In this document: positions 18,798 to 29,499 of the stretch, one piece after another
How the letters are laid out: the number at the start of each line of letters is the position of its first letter
How positions within the stretch are numbered: position 1 is the first letter of the stretch
Assembly (NCBI GenBank): GCA_047602425.1
Contig: JASGHG010000001.1
Coordinates: 4,064,001-4,128,000, forward strand
Reading direction: 5' to 3'
DNA: 64,000 bases
DNA from: Nibricoccus sp.
GTDB lineage: Bacteria; Verrucomicrobiota; Verrucomicrobiia; Opitutales; Opitutaceae
Notes under the pieces: generated by a model
Databases searched by the model: none
What the model was told of the DNA's origin: nothing
Seen by the model: only the letters and a program-made list of their open reading frames with translations
Made by a program: the position numbers and the translations under genes

Positions 18798-19274
18798 ATG
18801 AGTGAAGTGAACGAATCGTTGTTGAACCAAGTCAGCCTCGTAGCCGAGACGTTGCAGGGCCGTCCGTCGTGGGATGAATATTTCATGGCGACGGCGCTCT
18901 TGATTTCGACCCGTTCACCCTGCGATCGGCTGCACGTCGGCTGCGTGGTGGTGAGCGGCGGCGAGCGGAAAAACCGCATCGTCGCGGCCGGCTACAATGG
19001 TTTTCTACCCGGAACCCCGCACGTCTCGCGAGTGCGCGACGGTCACGAGCAGGCGACGGTACACGCGGAGCAGAATGCCGTGGCGGATGCGGCCCGCCGC
19101 GGAAGTTCGCTGGAAGGTTGCATCGCCTACGTCACTCATTATCCGTGCATCAATTGCGCCAAAATCCTCGCTGCGGCCGGTATCGTGGAAGTGCGATATC
19201 GTCGCGACTACAAAAATGATCCTTTGGTCGGACAATTGCTGATAGATGCTGGCGTGAAAATCCTTCAACTTTAA
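18798..19274 (+). CDS. dCMP deaminase/ComEB family
   Basis: RPSWDEYFM, GYNG, HAEQNA, PCINC. Confidence 0.93.
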   Translation: MSEVNESLLNQVSLVAETLQGRPSWDEYFMATALLISTRSPCDRLHVGCVVVSGGERKNRIVAAGYNGFLPGTPHVSRVRDGHEQATVHAEQNAVADAARRGSSLEGCIAYVTHYPCINCAKILAAAGIVEVRYRRDYKNDPLVGQLLIDAGVKILQL

Positions 19275-19312
19275 GCTGCACCCTCCCTCGAGCTCACGGT
19301 CAACCTACTGCC

Positions 19313-19873
19313 ATGCGCGAACGTCGCCACCAAGAAAACAATGCACTCGCCGGCTCGCTTTTGCTGGCGCACCCGTCGATGCGCGATCCGAATTTTCGCC
19401 GTGCGGTGGTGCTGCTTTCGGCGCACGACGAAAAAGGCGCCATGGGTGTCGTAATGAACCATCCGCTCGACAAACATCTCGGCCAGCTCAACGCCGAGTT
19501 CGCGCTCAGCCCGCTCGCTAATGTGCCCTTGTTTCAAGGCGGCCCAGTACAAACGGAGCAACTTTTGTTGTGCGCGTGGAAATTTCACGCGGATCAGAGC
19601 GGTTTCCAACTGATGTTTGGCATCGACCCGGAAAAGGCGGCGGAGCTTCAACAGGAAGAAGGCACGCACCTGCGGGCATTTCTTGGCTACGCTGGTTGGA
19701 CGGGCGGCCAGCTCGAAAACGAGCTCAAGCAAAACGCCTGGGTGGTCACGCCTTTGGTGGCCGAGTTGATGAACGAAAAGCCCGACGAAACGCTCTGGCG
19801 TACGATTCTCACCGATCTCGACCACGACTGGAAACTCATCGTGGACGAACCCGACGATCCGAGCCTGAACTAA
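19313..19873 (+). CDS. YqgE/AlgH (UPF0301) family
   Basis: DPNFRRAVV, GGPV, FLGYAGW..GQLENEL. Confidence 0.93.
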   Translation: MRERRHQENNALAGSLLLAHPSMRDPNFRRAVVLLSAHDEKGAMGVVMNHPLDKHLGQLNAEFALSPLANVPLFQGGPVQTEQLLLCAWKFHADQSGFQLMFGIDPEKAAELQQEEGTHLRAFLGYAGWTGGQLENELKQNAWVVTPLVAELMNEKPDETLWRTILTDLDHDWKLIVDEPDDPSLN

Positions 19874-19904
19874 GCGCGGCGGAGCAACGTTGTCCGCATC
19901 TCAA

Positions 19905-20080
19905 ATTCCCCCGCGCGGAAGCTCCAGCCAGGTAGGCGGTCAGCTTCTACTTGAACCTTAACCGTGCTCAGTACGGTCTCGGGAAGCGTGGAGCATTACG
20001 ACCTTCGCCGACAGACTTCTGTTGAGGTCAAACTTTCTTAACGGCGATCGGCACTTTTCTTACTAGCGAGCAGGGAGGTT
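19905..20080 (+). ncRNA. Putative structured ncRNA, 6S RNA-like
   Basis: About 175 nt with nested complementarity; CTTGAACC..GGGAAG / GGTCAAA..ACGGC motifs; G.U pairs in inner stems favour the + strand. Confidence 0.45.
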
Positions 20081-20098
20081 TTGCGTCACGTTGCGGCC

Positions 20099-21469
20099 AT
20101 GTTTGATCCGATCGAAAAGCTCAAGGAATTCGTTCGCCATCCCAGCATCTCCGCCGATCCGTCGGCTACAGCCGGCATGAAAGGCGCCCGTGAATTTGTC
20201 GCGGGGTTGCTGACCTCGATCGGCTTTTCAACCGAGATCGTGCCGACGGCGCTGCATCCGATTGTCCTCGCGCACCGCGCCGGCAAACCCGAATGGCCGC
20301 ATGTCATCATCTACGGCCATTACGACGTGCAACCCGCCGATCCGCTGAATCTCTGGCAGACGCCGGCGTTCGAGCCGCAAATCCGCGGTCACCGCATGTA
20401 CGGTCGCGGCACGGCCGATAATAAAGGTCCGCTCATGACGCATATCGCCGCTGTGGGACGTTTGTTGGAACGTCGTCCGGATCTCCCGCTGCGCATCACG
20501 TTCATGATCGAAGGCGAAGAAGAAACGGGCAGCCCGAGTTTCCTGCCTTTCCTCGAAAAGTACCAAGACCGGTTGCAGGCGGATTTCGTTTATCTCTCCG
20601 ACACAGGTATTCCGCGTCCCGATCAAGTTGTTATCACCTGCGGTCTGCGCGGCCTGACGCTCTTCGACTTGGTGGTAACCGGTTCGAAAATGGATCTTCA
20701 TTCCGGCCTGCATGGCGGCGTATTGCGAAATCCGATACAGGCATTGGCTGAACTTTGCGCGTCGCTTCACACGCCGGACGGTCGCGTGAACGTGCCCGGT
20801 TTTTACGACGACGTGCTTGAAGTCGAACCATGGGAACGTGCCGAACTCGCGAAACTCGGCCAGAGCGAAGAGCAATACCGTGAGTTCCTCGGCATCCCGG
20901 CGTTTCACACGCACAAAGGTTACACACCATTCGAGGCGACGCGTTTCCTCCCGACGCTGGAATTCAATGGCATCGGCGGCGGCTATCAAGGCGAGGGGAC
21001 AAAAACCGTGATCCCGAGCAAGGCCTTCGTGAAGATCAGCTGCCGGCTCGTGCCGAACCAGAACCCGGAGAAAATTCGCGAGCTCCTCTATAAAACCGTG
21101 CGCGAGCGCATGCCGAAGGATGTGACCTTCGAACTAATCGACCAGCACCAGGGCATTCCTTACGTCGTGGTTCCGCCGGATCGGTCCAACACCCCGAAAG
21201 ATCAATCGCCCGTGCTCGCGAAGGCGTTTCGCGCGGCCGACAAGGCCATTGCTGGCGTTTTTGGAAAGCCGCCGCTTTATCTGCGCGAAGGCGGCAGCGT
21301 GCCGATCATCGCCGACATAAAGCGAGTCCTGGGATTGGACTCCTTACTCTTCGGCTTATTCCTGCCCGAAGATAATCTGCACGCGCCGAACGAAAGCTTT
21401 GATCTAAACGTGATGGCTCGCGGTATCCAAGCCTCCGAGCAGATTTTGGAGTCACTCGCGAAAAATTAA
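20099..21469 (+). CDS. M20 family dipeptidase
   Basis: YGHYDVQP, RGTADNKG, EGEEE, DLHSG, HAPNE. Confidence 0.92.
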   Translation: MFDPIEKLKEFVRHPSISADPSATAGMKGAREFVAGLLTSIGFSTEIVPTALHPIVLAHRAGKPEWPHVIIYGHYDVQPADPLNLWQTPAFEPQIRGHRMYGRGTADNKGPLMTHIAAVGRLLERRPDLPLRITFMIEGEEETGSPSFLPFLEKYQDRLQADFVYLSDTGIPRPDQVVITCGLRGLTLFDLVVTGSKMDLHSGLHGGVLRNPIQALAELCASLHTPDGRVNVPGFYDDVLEVEPWERAELAKLGQSEEQYREFLGIPAFHTHKGYTPFEATRFLPTLEFNGIGGGYQGEGTKTVIPSKAFVKISCRLVPNQNPEKIRELLYKTVRERMPKDVTFELIDQHQGIPYVVVPPDRSNTPKDQSPVLAKAFRAADKAIAGVFGKPPLYLREGGSVPIIADIKRVLGLDSLLFGLFLPEDNLHAPNESFDLNVMARGIQASEQILESLAKN

Positions 21470-21612
21470 GTTCGGAGCCGTTAGAAACATCTCAAGTCCT
21501 TATACGGCGTCGGAGTGCCTGGATCCCTTCGGGCGCCATGCCGCTGAGGTGTTTGACGGAAGCTCGTCGACCGCAAAAAACGCGCGCCGTAAAGCGCGCG
21601 TCGGAAAAGCTA

Positions 21613-21891
21613 TCAATGCCCGGAGGCGTGGGCTTGCGGGTGCCGCGGTTCGGAAGGGGCCGGCGCGGAAGCCGCCTGCAATTTGGCGCGGCGGTCAGCC
21701 CGCCATGCATCGCGATGTTTGCGGATCCAGTCCAAGAGAGCGCGCTCAAAACCGATATCGTAACCTAGCCGTTCCGACTCAATCCATTTATGCCGAAGGA
21801 TTTCCTCACGTTCAGCGAGAAATTCTTGGTAAAGGCTGGATTGCTTTACGAAGTCTCGAGAAGGCTCGGGTTGTTGAAACGATGACGACAT
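21613..21891 (-). CDS. Small DUF4032-like protein
   Basis: EEILRHKWIESERLGYDIGFERALLDW motif. Confidence 0.75.
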   Translation of the reverse strand: MSSSFQQPEPSRDFVKQSSLYQEFLAEREEILRHKWIESERLGYDIGFERALLDWIRKHRDAWRADRRAKLQAASAPAPSEPRHPQAHASGH

Positions 21892-21918
21892 GGTGACCAC
21901 GACAAAAGGCTGGAGGAT

Positions 21919-21947
21919 ATTATACTAGAAAAGAGTAAGTTGTGTAA
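21919..21947 (-). promoter_or_regulatory. Sigma70-like promoter of the DUF4032-like gene
   Basis: Minus strand TTACAC-N17-TATAAT, about 28 nt before ATG 21891. Confidence 0.6.
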
Positions 21948-22168
21948 CGAAACCGCGATTTATTAATTACGATGGATTGCGGACTTATCGCTGGATTCAA
22001 TCCGCTTAGCCGACTTGAGCAACACCCGGTCGGCAAAGCCTGCGCGCGCGGATTCGCGCCGGGCAGTTTACCGAGATCATTGTGGGTGGTCATGAAATGC
22101 TGGTGCTGGGACGGACAGCTCAACTGAGACTTCGTTGCATGTGGTCGAGCGCTAATTGAACTGTTTAT

Positions 22169-22196
22169 AAGGTAAATGGAGGGCGCAAGCTGTCAA
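22169..22196 (-). promoter_or_regulatory. Second sigma70-like promoter
   Basis: Minus strand TTGACA-N16-TACCTT. Confidence 0.45.
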
Positions 22197-22480
22197 TGAC
22201 TTGATCGTACAGTAACTGCCGACGGCCGCTTGTCGTAAACGAGGCTGTTCCAGGGAGCTGTCTAAATGAAAAACTTTCAAGTGTCGTGCGCTTCGGGACT
22301 GCTGGAAGGTGATACCGGGACTTTGAAAGATCGCGTGGCGGCCGCCGAAAGTGGAAATGAACTGAGTCCGGGCGACCGTCTTCGCCACCCGGCTTGGCGG
22401 TATGGGGTGTTTCCCCTTCTAGACCTGGTCCGGGTGGAAAAGTGGTGATCACGGGCCTTTGTGCCGGGTGGATCGTGGCG

Positions 22481-23890
22481 TCAATGAGCGGGTTGATTCC
22501 AGTCGAGGGTGCCATTGACGACCTGTTTGCCGATCGTGACGTTTTCGAACTTCAAATCTTCCACGTTCTCGAGGACGAAAGTTTTGCCGGCCTGCTTAAT
22601 GGCGATGTTGCGCAGGGTGACGTTCTTGAGCGGTGCGCCAAGCGGGGCGCGGCATTCGAAAACGGTGCCGGCATTTTCCACCGTGAAGTTTTCAAAAACG
22701 ATGTCGCGGTAAGTTGACGGAAAATTGCCGACCGAGCCGGGATAATCGAGCTGGAACCAGAAAAGGTTGTCGAAGGATTCGACAGTAAAGTTGCGCACGC
22801 GGATATGCTCGACGGTGCCGCCGCGGTCGAGGTTGGCTTTGAAACGAATCGCGGAGACGCCTTTTCGGAGGACGTTGTCGGAGAAGTAAACGTTGCGGAT
22901 GCCGCCGGACATTTCGCTGCCGAGGGCGATGCCATCTTCGCCGCCCATGTCGTTGCGACGGACGACGACATTTTCGCTGGGTTTGCCGATCTCGCGCGCG
23001 TCGCGATCTCGTCCGGATTTGATGACCACGGAATCGTCGCCGGTGCGGAAGTAGCAGTCCTCGATGAGCACTTGGCGCGAAGAATCGACATCGACGCCGT
23101 CGTTATTGGTGTGCGGGCTTTCGACCCGAATGCGCCGGATGGTGGCATGGTCGGTGTAGACGAGATGGTTCACCCAGAACGGTGAATTGTGCAGCGTGTA
23201 ATCTTGCAGGAGGACGTGTTCGGCGCGGAAAAATTGAATCAACGGCGGGCGGAGGTAGGTGCCTTCGCCGAAGATGCGTTGGGCGGCGGGAATTCCATTC
23301 TGGCCCATTTTTCGAAGCGCGCTTTGGTGCGTATTCTGTAGTTTGGGATCGATCCAGCTGAGGAATTCGCTTTTCGCATTTCCATCGATTGTGCCCTTGC
23401 CGGTGATCGCGACGTCGTGGACTTCGAAGCCATAGATGAGAGGCGAGTATCCGTACAGCTCGGTGCCCTCCCAACGAGTCAGAACAACGGGCAAATAATG
23501 CTTCGCGACAGGACTAAAAAGCAGTGTGGCGCCTTCGGCGACGTGGAGTTCGATTTGCGAGGCCAGGTGAATCGGGCCGTTGCTCAGGAATTCGCCTTTG
23601 GGAATGACGACGCGACCGCCGCCTTCGGCTGAAGCTTTTTTGATCGCGGCTTTAATGGCGGGCAGGGCGTCGGTTTGACCATCGGGCTTGGCGCCGAAAT
23701 CGGTGATCACGTAGTCGCGAGCGGGAATTTTCGGCAACTGAATCGATTGGACGATTTCATCGGCTTTCGCCCAATCGCCATCGCTGGCCGAAGTTGAGGC
23801 CGCGAAACTGGGGACAGCGCAAAAACTGAGCAGAATGCCGAGAGTCAATACGTTATGAAGGGAGAGAGCAGCTGGGGGGCGGAGGTTCAT
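22481..23890 (-). CDS. Glycoside hydrolase family 28 (polygalacturonase-like), exported
   Basis: NNDGVD, GDDSVVIKSG, GSEMSGG, RFK; signal peptide. Confidence 0.9.
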   Translation of the reverse strand: MNLRPPAALSLHNVLTLGILLSFCAVPSFAASTSASDGDWAKADEIVQSIQLPKIPARDYVITDFGAKPDGQTDALPAIKAAIKKASAEGGGRVVIPKGEFLSNGPIHLASQIELHVAEGATLLFSPVAKHYLPVVLTRWEGTELYGYSPLIYGFEVHDVAITGKGTIDGNAKSEFLSWIDPKLQNTHQSALRKMGQNGIPAAQRIFGEGTYLRPPLIQFFRAEHVLLQDYTLHNSPFWVNHLVYTDHATIRRIRVESPHTNNDGVDVDSSRQVLIEDCYFRTGDDSVVIKSGRDRDAREIGKPSENVVVRRNDMGGEDGIALGSEMSGGIRNVYFSDNVLRKGVSAIRFKANLDRGGTVEHIRVRNFTVESFDNLFWFQLDYPGSVGNFPSTYRDIVFENFTVENAGTVFECRAPLGAPLKNVTLRNIAIKQAGKTFVLENVEDLKFENVTIGKQVVNGTLDWNQPAH

Positions 23891-24072
23891 TGAGGAAAAA
23901 CGGCAGCATAGAACGCCGAGCGGCCCTACGTCAAAGCGACTGTTACACGTGTGCGAAAATAAATGAAAATGTACAGCATACCAATCGGGATTTTCTAGGG
24001 AAAGTCCTCATGAATTTGGGTTAACAGATTCCCGTGAATGTGCCGATGGCAGGGGCACATCTTGATTTTACA

Positions 24073-25500
24073 ATGAACAACGACGTTAGGTGGCTGATCC
24101 ATTTGGGCATCCATCAAAAATTATTTTCGCGCGAGCAGTGCCAGACGATCGTGCAGAAGCTGGGCGAGGGCGTGTGCCTGATGGATTTCGCACAGCAGCT
24201 AATCGACGACGGGATTGTCGGCGACGTCGACCGGCTTGAAGGGCTTGGCACCGAGGCCATGGCGAAAGCTGCGGATGGCGAGGCTCCCGCTTTCAATGGG
24301 CCGGGCGCAAAACCTGCGCAAGGAAACGATACGCTGAAAACTTCTTCATCCGAGCGGGACACGGTTCCGCCTTTCATCGACCAAGGGCCGCCTCCTGATT
24401 TTGATTTTACGGGCCTGAGCGAGTTCACCGAGGCGGGCTTGGAACGCGAGCTGCGGCAATTCCTGCGCGACGCCGCGCATTACGGGGCGAGCGATCTCCA
24501 TCTTTCCGCCGGAGCCAAACCATTTCTTAGGCGTAATCGCGCGTTGATCAATCTCTCCGAACAGCCGCTCTCGGCGGACGACGCTTTGCGCCTCAACACC
24601 GTGCTTCTCGCCTCGCACCAAAGGCAGGTCTTTCTCGAACGGCGCGATTTCGACTACGCCCTGGCCTTGGACAACGAGAACCGTTACCGCGTGAATTTGA
24701 TGTTTCACAAGCAGGGCGCAGCTGGTTCCTACCGAATGGTTCCGGCGCGCATTCCCCGGCTGCCAGAGATCGGCCTGCGCGACCTTGCGCCGGTTCACAA
24801 ATTCCTCAGCTATCACAACGGACTCATCCTCGTCACCGGTCCGGTCGGCGCGGGTAAAACCACGACGCTCGCGGCTCTCGTGGCCGAACTCAACGAGACG
24901 CGCGAGGACCACATCATCACGATCGAGGATCCCATCGAGGTCGTGCAACCGTCGCGCAAATGCAATGTCACGCAGCGCGAGGTCGGCCCGCACACGAAGT
25001 CCTTTGCCAGCGCGCTCAAGGGCGCTCTTCGCGAGGATCCCGACGTGATTGTGATCGGCGAACTCCGCGACCTTGAAACCATCGAGATGGCGATCACCGC
25101 GGCCGAGACCGGCCATCTTGTCATCGGCACAATGCACACGAGCGACGCCGCTACCACGCTCAACCGCCTGCTCGACGTCTTTCCCTCGGCCCAACAGCCG
25201 CAGATCCGCGCCAGCGTGGCGGAAAGTTTGCGCGGCATCATTTGCCAGCGCCTCCTCCCCAAGGCCAAGGGCGGCCTCGTGCTGGCCAGCGAAATCCTTG
25301 TGGCCAACAGCGCCGTGTCTAACCTTATCCGAGAGGGAAAAACCCAGGGCCTGCGCAATACCATGGAAACCGGCCTCAAGGACGGCATGTGCCTCATGGA
25401 ATCCGTCATCTTCGAGCTCTGGCAAAAGCAGAAAATCACCGCCGCCACCGCCCGCGCCAATATCAATAACCGGATGATCCGCGCAAAAATAACCGTCTGA
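24073..25500 (+). CDS. pilT: PilT-family ATPase with N-terminal extension
   Basis: SDLHL, GPVGAGKTT, TIEDPIE, LREDPD, GELRD, GTMHT. Confidence 0.88.
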   Translation: MNNDVRWLIHLGIHQKLFSREQCQTIVQKLGEGVCLMDFAQQLIDDGIVGDVDRLEGLGTEAMAKAADGEAPAFNGPGAKPAQGNDTLKTSSSERDTVPPFIDQGPPPDFDFTGLSEFTEAGLERELRQFLRDAAHYGASDLHLSAGAKPFLRRNRALINLSEQPLSADDALRLNTVLLASHQRQVFLERRDFDYALALDNENRYRVNLMFHKQGAAGSYRMVPARIPRLPEIGLRDLAPVHKFLSYHNGLILVTGPVGAGKTTTLAALVAELNETREDHIITIEDPIEVVQPSRKCNVTQREVGPHTKSFASALKGALREDPDVIVIGELRDLETIEMAITAAETGHLVIGTMHTSDAATTLNRLLDVFPSAQQPQIRASVAESLRGIICQRLLPKAKGGLVLASEILVANSAVSNLIREGKTQGLRNTMETGLKDGMCLMESVIFELWQKQKITAATARANINNRMIRAKITV

Positions 25501-25528
25501 GCCGCGAACTCTTTTCCCCGCCATCGTC

Positions 25529-26617
25529 ATGCCTCTCATCGACACGCTTCTCCAAATGATGCTCTCCCAGGGCGGTTCCGACCTGCACCTCGCCGTCGGC
25601 CTGCCGCCGAAAGCCCGTGTATCGGGTTCTCTGATACCGATCGGCGAAACGGCTGTGACTGCCGCGCAGATGGAAAAACTTTTGGAAGAAATCTGTCCAC
25701 CCCGGCGCTGGCGCGATTTTCTTGAGCACAAGGACCTGGATCTCGCCCACGAAATTCCCGGCGTGGCCCGTTTCCGCGCGAACTTTCTTTATAATCACTG
25801 GGGCCAGGCGGCGGTCTTTCGTCAGATCCCGACCAAGATTCTTTCCTTCGAGGAATTGAAACTTCCCGAAGTCCTCAAGGGCCTGTGCCATTTGCACGAA
25901 GGCCTCGTGCTCGTCACCGGTCCAACGGGTAGTGGTAAAAGCACTACGCTCGCGGCGATGATCGATTACATCAATACGCACCTCGCGCGCCACATCATCA
26001 CGATCGAAGACCCGATCGAATTCGTGCATCAGAACAAAAAGTCCGTCATCGTGCACCGTGAAGTGGGAGAGCACACCGCTTCCTTTGCCGACGCCTTGAA
26101 AGGCGCGATGCGACACGATCCCGATATCATTCTTCTCGGCGAAATGCGCGAATTGGAAACGATCAAGCTGGCGCTCAGCTGCGCCTCGATGGGCATGCTG
26201 GTCTTTGGCACGCTGCACACCAACAACGCTCCAAAAACCGTCGACCGCATCATCAACGCCTTTCCCGCTGAGGAACAAAATCAGGTCCGCACGATGCTTT
26301 CGAGCTGTCTGGCCGGCGTCGTTTCACAATTGCTCTGCAAGCGCATTCCGAAGGGCCGCGTTGCCGTGCACGAAATCCTGCTGCCGCACGAAGCGTTGCC
26401 GAACACGATTCGCACCGGGCAGATCGCCAATATCCGTCAGTTGATAGAGAGTGGTTCGGCTGAGGGCATGTGTTCGATGGATCAATGCCTGATGAGCCGC
26501 CTCAAGGAAGGCGTCATCGACGCGCACGAGGCCTTCATGAAGGCGGCCAACAAGAACCTGTTTGCCTCTCTGTTGCAGGCCGCACCGGGCGGGGCAGCGC
26601 CGGCGGCGCACGGATAG
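25529..26617 (+). CDS. pilT: PilT/PilU-family ATPase
   Basis: GSDLHL, GPTGSGKSTT, TIEDPIE, RHDPD, GEMRE, GTLHT. Confidence 0.9.
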   Translation: MPLIDTLLQMMLSQGGSDLHLAVGLPPKARVSGSLIPIGETAVTAAQMEKLLEEICPPRRWRDFLEHKDLDLAHEIPGVARFRANFLYNHWGQAAVFRQIPTKILSFEELKLPEVLKGLCHLHEGLVLVTGPTGSGKSTTLAAMIDYINTHLARHIITIEDPIEFVHQNKKSVIVHREVGEHTASFADALKGAMRHDPDIILLGEMRELETIKLALSCASMGMLVFGTLHTNNAPKTVDRIINAFPAEEQNQVRTMLSSCLAGVVSQLLCKRIPKGRVAVHEILLPHEALPNTIRTGQIANIRQLIESGSAEGMCSMDQCLMSRLKEGVIDAHEAFMKAANKNLFASLLQAAPGGAAPAAHG

Positions 26618-26637
26618 GTTGTCCCAAACCGGCGGTT

Positions 26638-27636
26638 TTAGTCGCCGAGTTTTTTGCCCGGGACCATGTAGCCCTGCACGTAGTCGCGCACGGCTTCGGA
26701 GAGCGGGGTGAGCGGTTTGGCGTAGCCCGTGTCGCGAAGTTTGGAGATGTCGGCTTTGGTATAGTACTGGTATTTGCCGCGGAGAATTTCGGGCATCTCG
26801 ATAAACTCGATCTGGGGCTCGCGGCCGAGCGCGGCAAAAATTGCGCGCGACAGCGTGAGCCAGGTGTTGGCTTCTCCTGAACCGAGATTGTAGAGGCCGC
26901 CTGCGTTGGTCGCTGTCTCTGCGAAATGGATCGTCATTTCGATGGCGTCTTTCACGTAGAGAAAGTCGCGCATTTGTTCGCCGTCCTTGAACTCGGGTTT
27001 GTAGCTCTTGAAGAGGCGGACTTTGCCGGTGTCGATGATCTGCTGGAAGGCCTTGTTGACGAGGCTGCGCATGTCGCCCTTGTGATCCTCGTTGGGGCCA
27101 TAGACGTTGAAATATTTCACGCCGACAATCGAGTTGAGGAAACCCTCACGCTGGGCGTAAAGGTCGAAGAGGTGCTTCGAATAGCCATACATGTTGAGCG
27201 GACGAAGCGCGGCGAGATTGGTGTTGCGATCATCCATACCCTGCGCGCCGTCACCATAGGTTGCGGCGGATGAGGCATAAATAAAACGCGCCTGTTGGGC
27301 GAGCGACCACGCGGCAAGCTCCTTGGTGTAGGCGAAATTGTTGTCGGCGAGGTATGAGGCGTTTTTTTCGGTCGTGGCCGAACAAGCGCCGAGATGGAAA
27401 ACGGCGGAAAATTTGCCGAAGGCGCCGGGCTGCGTGGCAATGCGCTGGCGAAAAGGCCCGGCCTCAACGTAGTCGGCGTACTTCAGCGGAACGAGATTCT
27501 TCCATTTTTCGTCCTGACCGAGAATGTCGGAAATGACGATATTGGTAAGTCCACGGCTATTGAGAGCCCAGACGAGGGCACTGCCGATGAAGCCGGCGCC
27601 ACCAGTAACAAGAATGCGTCCATTGAGATTGCTCAT
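26638..27636 (-). CDS. hldD: ADP-L-glycero-D-manno-heptose 6-epimerase
   Basis: TGGAGFIGS, HLGACSATTE, YASSAATYG, YGYSK, YFNVYGP.E.HKG.M, YQYYTKAD. Confidence 0.95.
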   Translation of the reverse strand: MSNLNGRILVTGGAGFIGSALVWALNSRGLTNIVISDILGQDEKWKNLVPLKYADYVEAGPFRQRIATQPGAFGKFSAVFHLGACSATTEKNASYLADNNFAYTKELAAWSLAQQARFIYASSAATYGDGAQGMDDRNTNLAALRPLNMYGYSKHLFDLYAQREGFLNSIVGVKYFNVYGPNEDHKGDMRSLVNKAFQQIIDTGKVRLFKSYKPEFKDGEQMRDFLYVKDAIEMTIHFAETATNAGGLYNLGSGEANTWLTLSRAIFAALGREPQIEFIEMPEILRGKYQYYTKADISKLRDTGYAKPLTPLSEAVRDYVQGYMVPGKKLGD

Positions 27637-27759
27637 GAGTCAGCCTCTACGCGTGGCGCAGAACAGGCGGCGGGGCAAGCCGCGAGCGCAGCCCTATTTT
27701 TGGCCGCTGACTCGGTGCTGTTCGATCTTGAGAAGTAAAACTGGCCGCTAACTTCGTCC

Positions 27760-29313
27760 TTATCGGCGATTTGCCGTTTGAAGCGGCATAGAGCGTTTCG
27801 GTTGGTTTGGCTTGGTAGGTGCGAAGAAGGTTGTGGCCTTGGCGCCGGACGCGGTGGCCTCTGATGAGGCGTTGGCTCTGGCGCCGTGGACCAGGATTTC
27901 CAACTCGGCGACGAGTTCGTGCAGGCTGTCGGCCTGGGCGTTGAGTTCCTCGCTGGCGGACGCGTTTTCCTCGGCGTTGGCCGCGTTGGCCTGGGTGACC
28001 TTGTCCATTTGGGTCACGGCAGTCAGGACTTGGTCGAGCCCGTTCTTTTGTTCATTCGAAGCGGTGGCGATTTCCGCGATAAATGTATCCACTTTCCTGA
28101 CACGCTCGACGATCGCATTGAGATTCTTTTCGACCTGCGCGCTCAGGGAGGCGCCGTGCTGGCCTTTGCTCATGGAATCCTCAATCAGGCGCGCGGTTTC
28201 CTTGGCGGATTCGGCGCTGCGGTGGGCGAGCGAGCGAACTTCGTCGGCGACGACCGCGAAACCGGCACCGGCCTCACCGGCGCGTGCGGCCTCGACCGCC
28301 GCGTTGAGAGCCAGGAGATTGGTTTGGAAAGCGATGTCATCGATTGTGTGGATGACTTTGCCGATATTTTTGCTGGAGGCCTCGATCGCGGTCATCGCGG
28401 AGCTGAGCGCGCTCATGCTGCTGGCACCTTCCTCGGCGACGTTGCGGGCTTCGGTCGCAGACTGCTGCGCTTGAAGCGCGTTCTCGGCATTGCGCTTGGT
28501 CATGCTGGAAATTTCCTCCAACGAAGAACTACTTTCCTCGAGCGAAGCGGCCTGTTCGCTGGCGCCTTCAGCGAGGCTTTGGCTGGAGCCGGAGACTTGT
28601 CCGGCGGCGGCTGTGATTTGTATCGCGCCATCGCTCAGGGAATCGGCAATGGTTCGCACTGCCCGGCTGAGGGAGAAGGCGGTCACCAAGGCGGCGATCA
28701 CGCCGGCGACGATCGCGATCACCACTGCGGTAATCGAAAGAGCCGAGGCTTGTGAAATAGAAAGGAGGCTCGCGTCGCGTAGGCGGCGGCCATTGCGAAT
28801 GTTGAATTGCAGAAGGTCGGTGAGTGCTTTTTGGAACGCATTGAACGAGGGGCGCAATTTCGCCTGGTTGAGTTCTTTGGCTTCAGCAGTTTTTCCCGCG
28901 CGACTCAGGGCGAGCACACTGTCGCGATTTTTCGAGTATTCCTGGCGCGCAGCGGTGACCAATTTGAAGAGCTCTCGATCTTCGGCCTGATGGATAGAGG
29001 CATCGTAGCCAGTCATGAGCCCGGAGTTTTTGTTCATGTATTCTTCGATCTGGCGGTCGAAGTCGGCTTTTTCGGTGGCCGATTCACTGCCGAGATGGCG
29101 AAGCACGTTGATTTGAATCATCCCGGCGTTGGTGAGAATCTGTGACAACGTTTCCATGCCAGGCAAAGTGTCCTCAGAAATCTCGGTGATGTTCGCTTTG
29201 ATCGAACGAAGAAGAAGGGGCGTGGCGACGCCGCCCGCTGAGGCGAGCACGAGAACGATTGCGAAGCCGATTAGGATGCGTTGCGTGAGAGAAAAATGGC
29301 GCGTGAGAGACAT
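27760..29313 (-). CDS. Methyl-accepting chemotaxis protein (4HB-type sensor)
   Basis: Two TM helices; [34 protein letters not shown]. Confidence 0.95.
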   Translation of the reverse strand: MSLTRHFSLTQRILIGFAIVLVLASAGGVATPLLLRSIKANITEISEDTLPGMETLSQILTNAGMIQINVLRHLGSESATEKADFDRQIEEYMNKNSGLMTGYDASIHQAEDRELFKLVTAARQEYSKNRDSVLALSRAGKTAEAKELNQAKLRPSFNAFQKALTDLLQFNIRNGRRLRDASLLSISQASALSITAVVIAIVAGVIAALVTAFSLSRAVRTIADSLSDGAIQITAAAGQVSGSSQSLAEGASEQAASLEESSSSLEEISSMTKRNAENALQAQQSATEARNVAEEGASSMSALSSAMTAIEASSKNIGKVIHTIDDIAFQTNLLALNAAVEAARAGEAGAGFAVVADEVRSLAHRSAESAKETARLIEDSMSKGQHGASLSAQVEKNLNAIVERVRKVDTFIAEIATASNEQKNGLDQVLTAVTQMDKVTQANAANAEENASASEELNAQADSLHELVAELEILVHGARANASSEATASGAKATTFFAPTKPNQPKRSMPLQTANRR

Positions 29314-29349
29314 GGCAGGTCGGTGAAAAAGATTGGAATGGTCGCATGT

Positions 29350-29376
29350 TCTTCGGCCGCATCCCTTGGAACTTGA
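29350..29376 (-). promoter_or_regulatory. Sigma28 (FliA)-like promoter of the MCP
   Basis: Minus strand TCAAG-N14-GCCGAAGA. Confidence 0.6.
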
Positions 29377-29499
29377 GCAAGTCCCAACCGAAAAATTACT
29401 CTTGTAGTTGTCCAGTAGGAATTAAAGTGCCCCTATAAATCCCGCTATTAACAATGCGCCGCAGCTGTAGTGGTAAAACGACTACAAATACCTTGCCGT

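Noticed and set aside
22200..22480. Riboswitch
   Set aside because: No recognisable aptamer consensus, and it lies downstream of the GH28 gene.
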